Source: an uncultured Bacteroidales bacterium (GTDB lineage Bacteria > Bacteroidota > Bacteroidia > Bacteroidales > VadinHA17). Taken from it: a stretch of DNA of 64,000 nt. The notes beneath the pieces were generated by a model. The model did no database searches. It had not been told where the DNA came from and was given only the letters and a program-made list of their open reading frames with translations. The stretch is taken from assembly GCA_963732115.1 (NCBI GenBank), contig CAVSYN010000034.1:362354-426353 (forward strand). Direction: 5' to 3'. Numbering within the stretch: the first letter of the stretch is position 1; each line of letters starts with the position of its first letter. Below are positions 63,560 through 64,000 of this stretch, one piece after another. A program made the translations under genes and the position numbers.

Positions 63560-64000
63560 AGTTAAAACATTAAAATGGATGATAAATAGTTTAAACGGAT
63601 CAGAAAACTGTTAAGTTTATCATGCCTTAAAGGTATTCTTTCCTCAGGAAGATACCTCTTCCTTTTTTTCAACAGAGAGCTTTACAACAGGTACTATTTC
63701 ACTTTTAAAAAAAATATTGCCTAATGCCTGGATATAAATTACCTGTAGTAAAGCAGGAATGTAATTTAATGAATTTATTCCTCCCTTAAAAGGGATTTGC
63801 GTGATTATTGAGGTTTGCTGATAAGCATCCAGGCGTCGGAATACTTTGTGAATCCTGACCAGATCCTTCTTACCTCATTCCTTGCTTCTGTAATATCGTC
63901 GGTTGCCTAGACGGACACACGGTAAAGTCCGGCTTCATTCTTTAGAACCTCCGGAAACAAAACCGTCTCTCCTGATCTGTGACAGGTATTTTCTTGCATT

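Noticed and set aside
63805-64000. Partial minus-strand ORF at the right edge (..ETVLFPEVLKNEAGLYRVSV*ATDDITEARNEVRRIWSGFTKYSDAWMLISKPQ*)
   Set aside because: The frame contains an in-frame TAG at 63907-63909, so the gene ends either there or at 63805. No family motif was recognised, and there is too little sequence to support a call.

Overview
This is 64 kb of an AT-rich chromosome that looks Bacteroidota-like. That assignment is inferred from gene content only: a CarboxypepD_reg-type TonB-dependent receptor with a DUF4249-like partner, FtsX/MacB-like permease paralogues, many lipobox and Tat signal peptides, and tightly packed same-strand genes. I see about 50 protein-coding loci and no rRNA, tRNA or CRISPR array.

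Layout:
- 0-2.2 kb: a GMC oxidoreductase with a Tat-signal small subunit.
- 2-23 kb (mostly minus strand): an accessory-looking, decayed region. It is built around three paralogous copies of a module made of a MalT-like LuxR regulator, a conserved hairpin leader and a ~70-aa conserved small protein. Each copy is damaged in a different way.
- 23-44 kb: glycan and oxidoreductase genes (four Tat-signal proteins across the window), plus an IS200/RAYT-like Y1 transposase abutting a 132-bp REP-like tandem array.
- 44.6-51.3 kb: the most notable stretch. It is a tight five-gene plus-strand cluster encoding a 5-TM protein with two His-x13-His helices, a membrane-anchored FeS/FAD oxidoreductase, a 20-haem and a 16-haem cytochrome c, and an outer-membrane beta-barrel-like protein. 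It reads as a complete inner-membrane-to-outer-membrane electron conduit of non-canonical composition.
- 51-64 kb: paired amidohydrolases and a glucosamine/chitosan-type utilisation locus.

About a dozen loci are split by apparent frameshifts and four more are truncated remnants. Either the assembly is indel-prone or the region is decaying, and this caveat applies to every pseudogene call.

All family assignments come from reading motifs by eye. No database search was possible, and frameshift positions are approximate.
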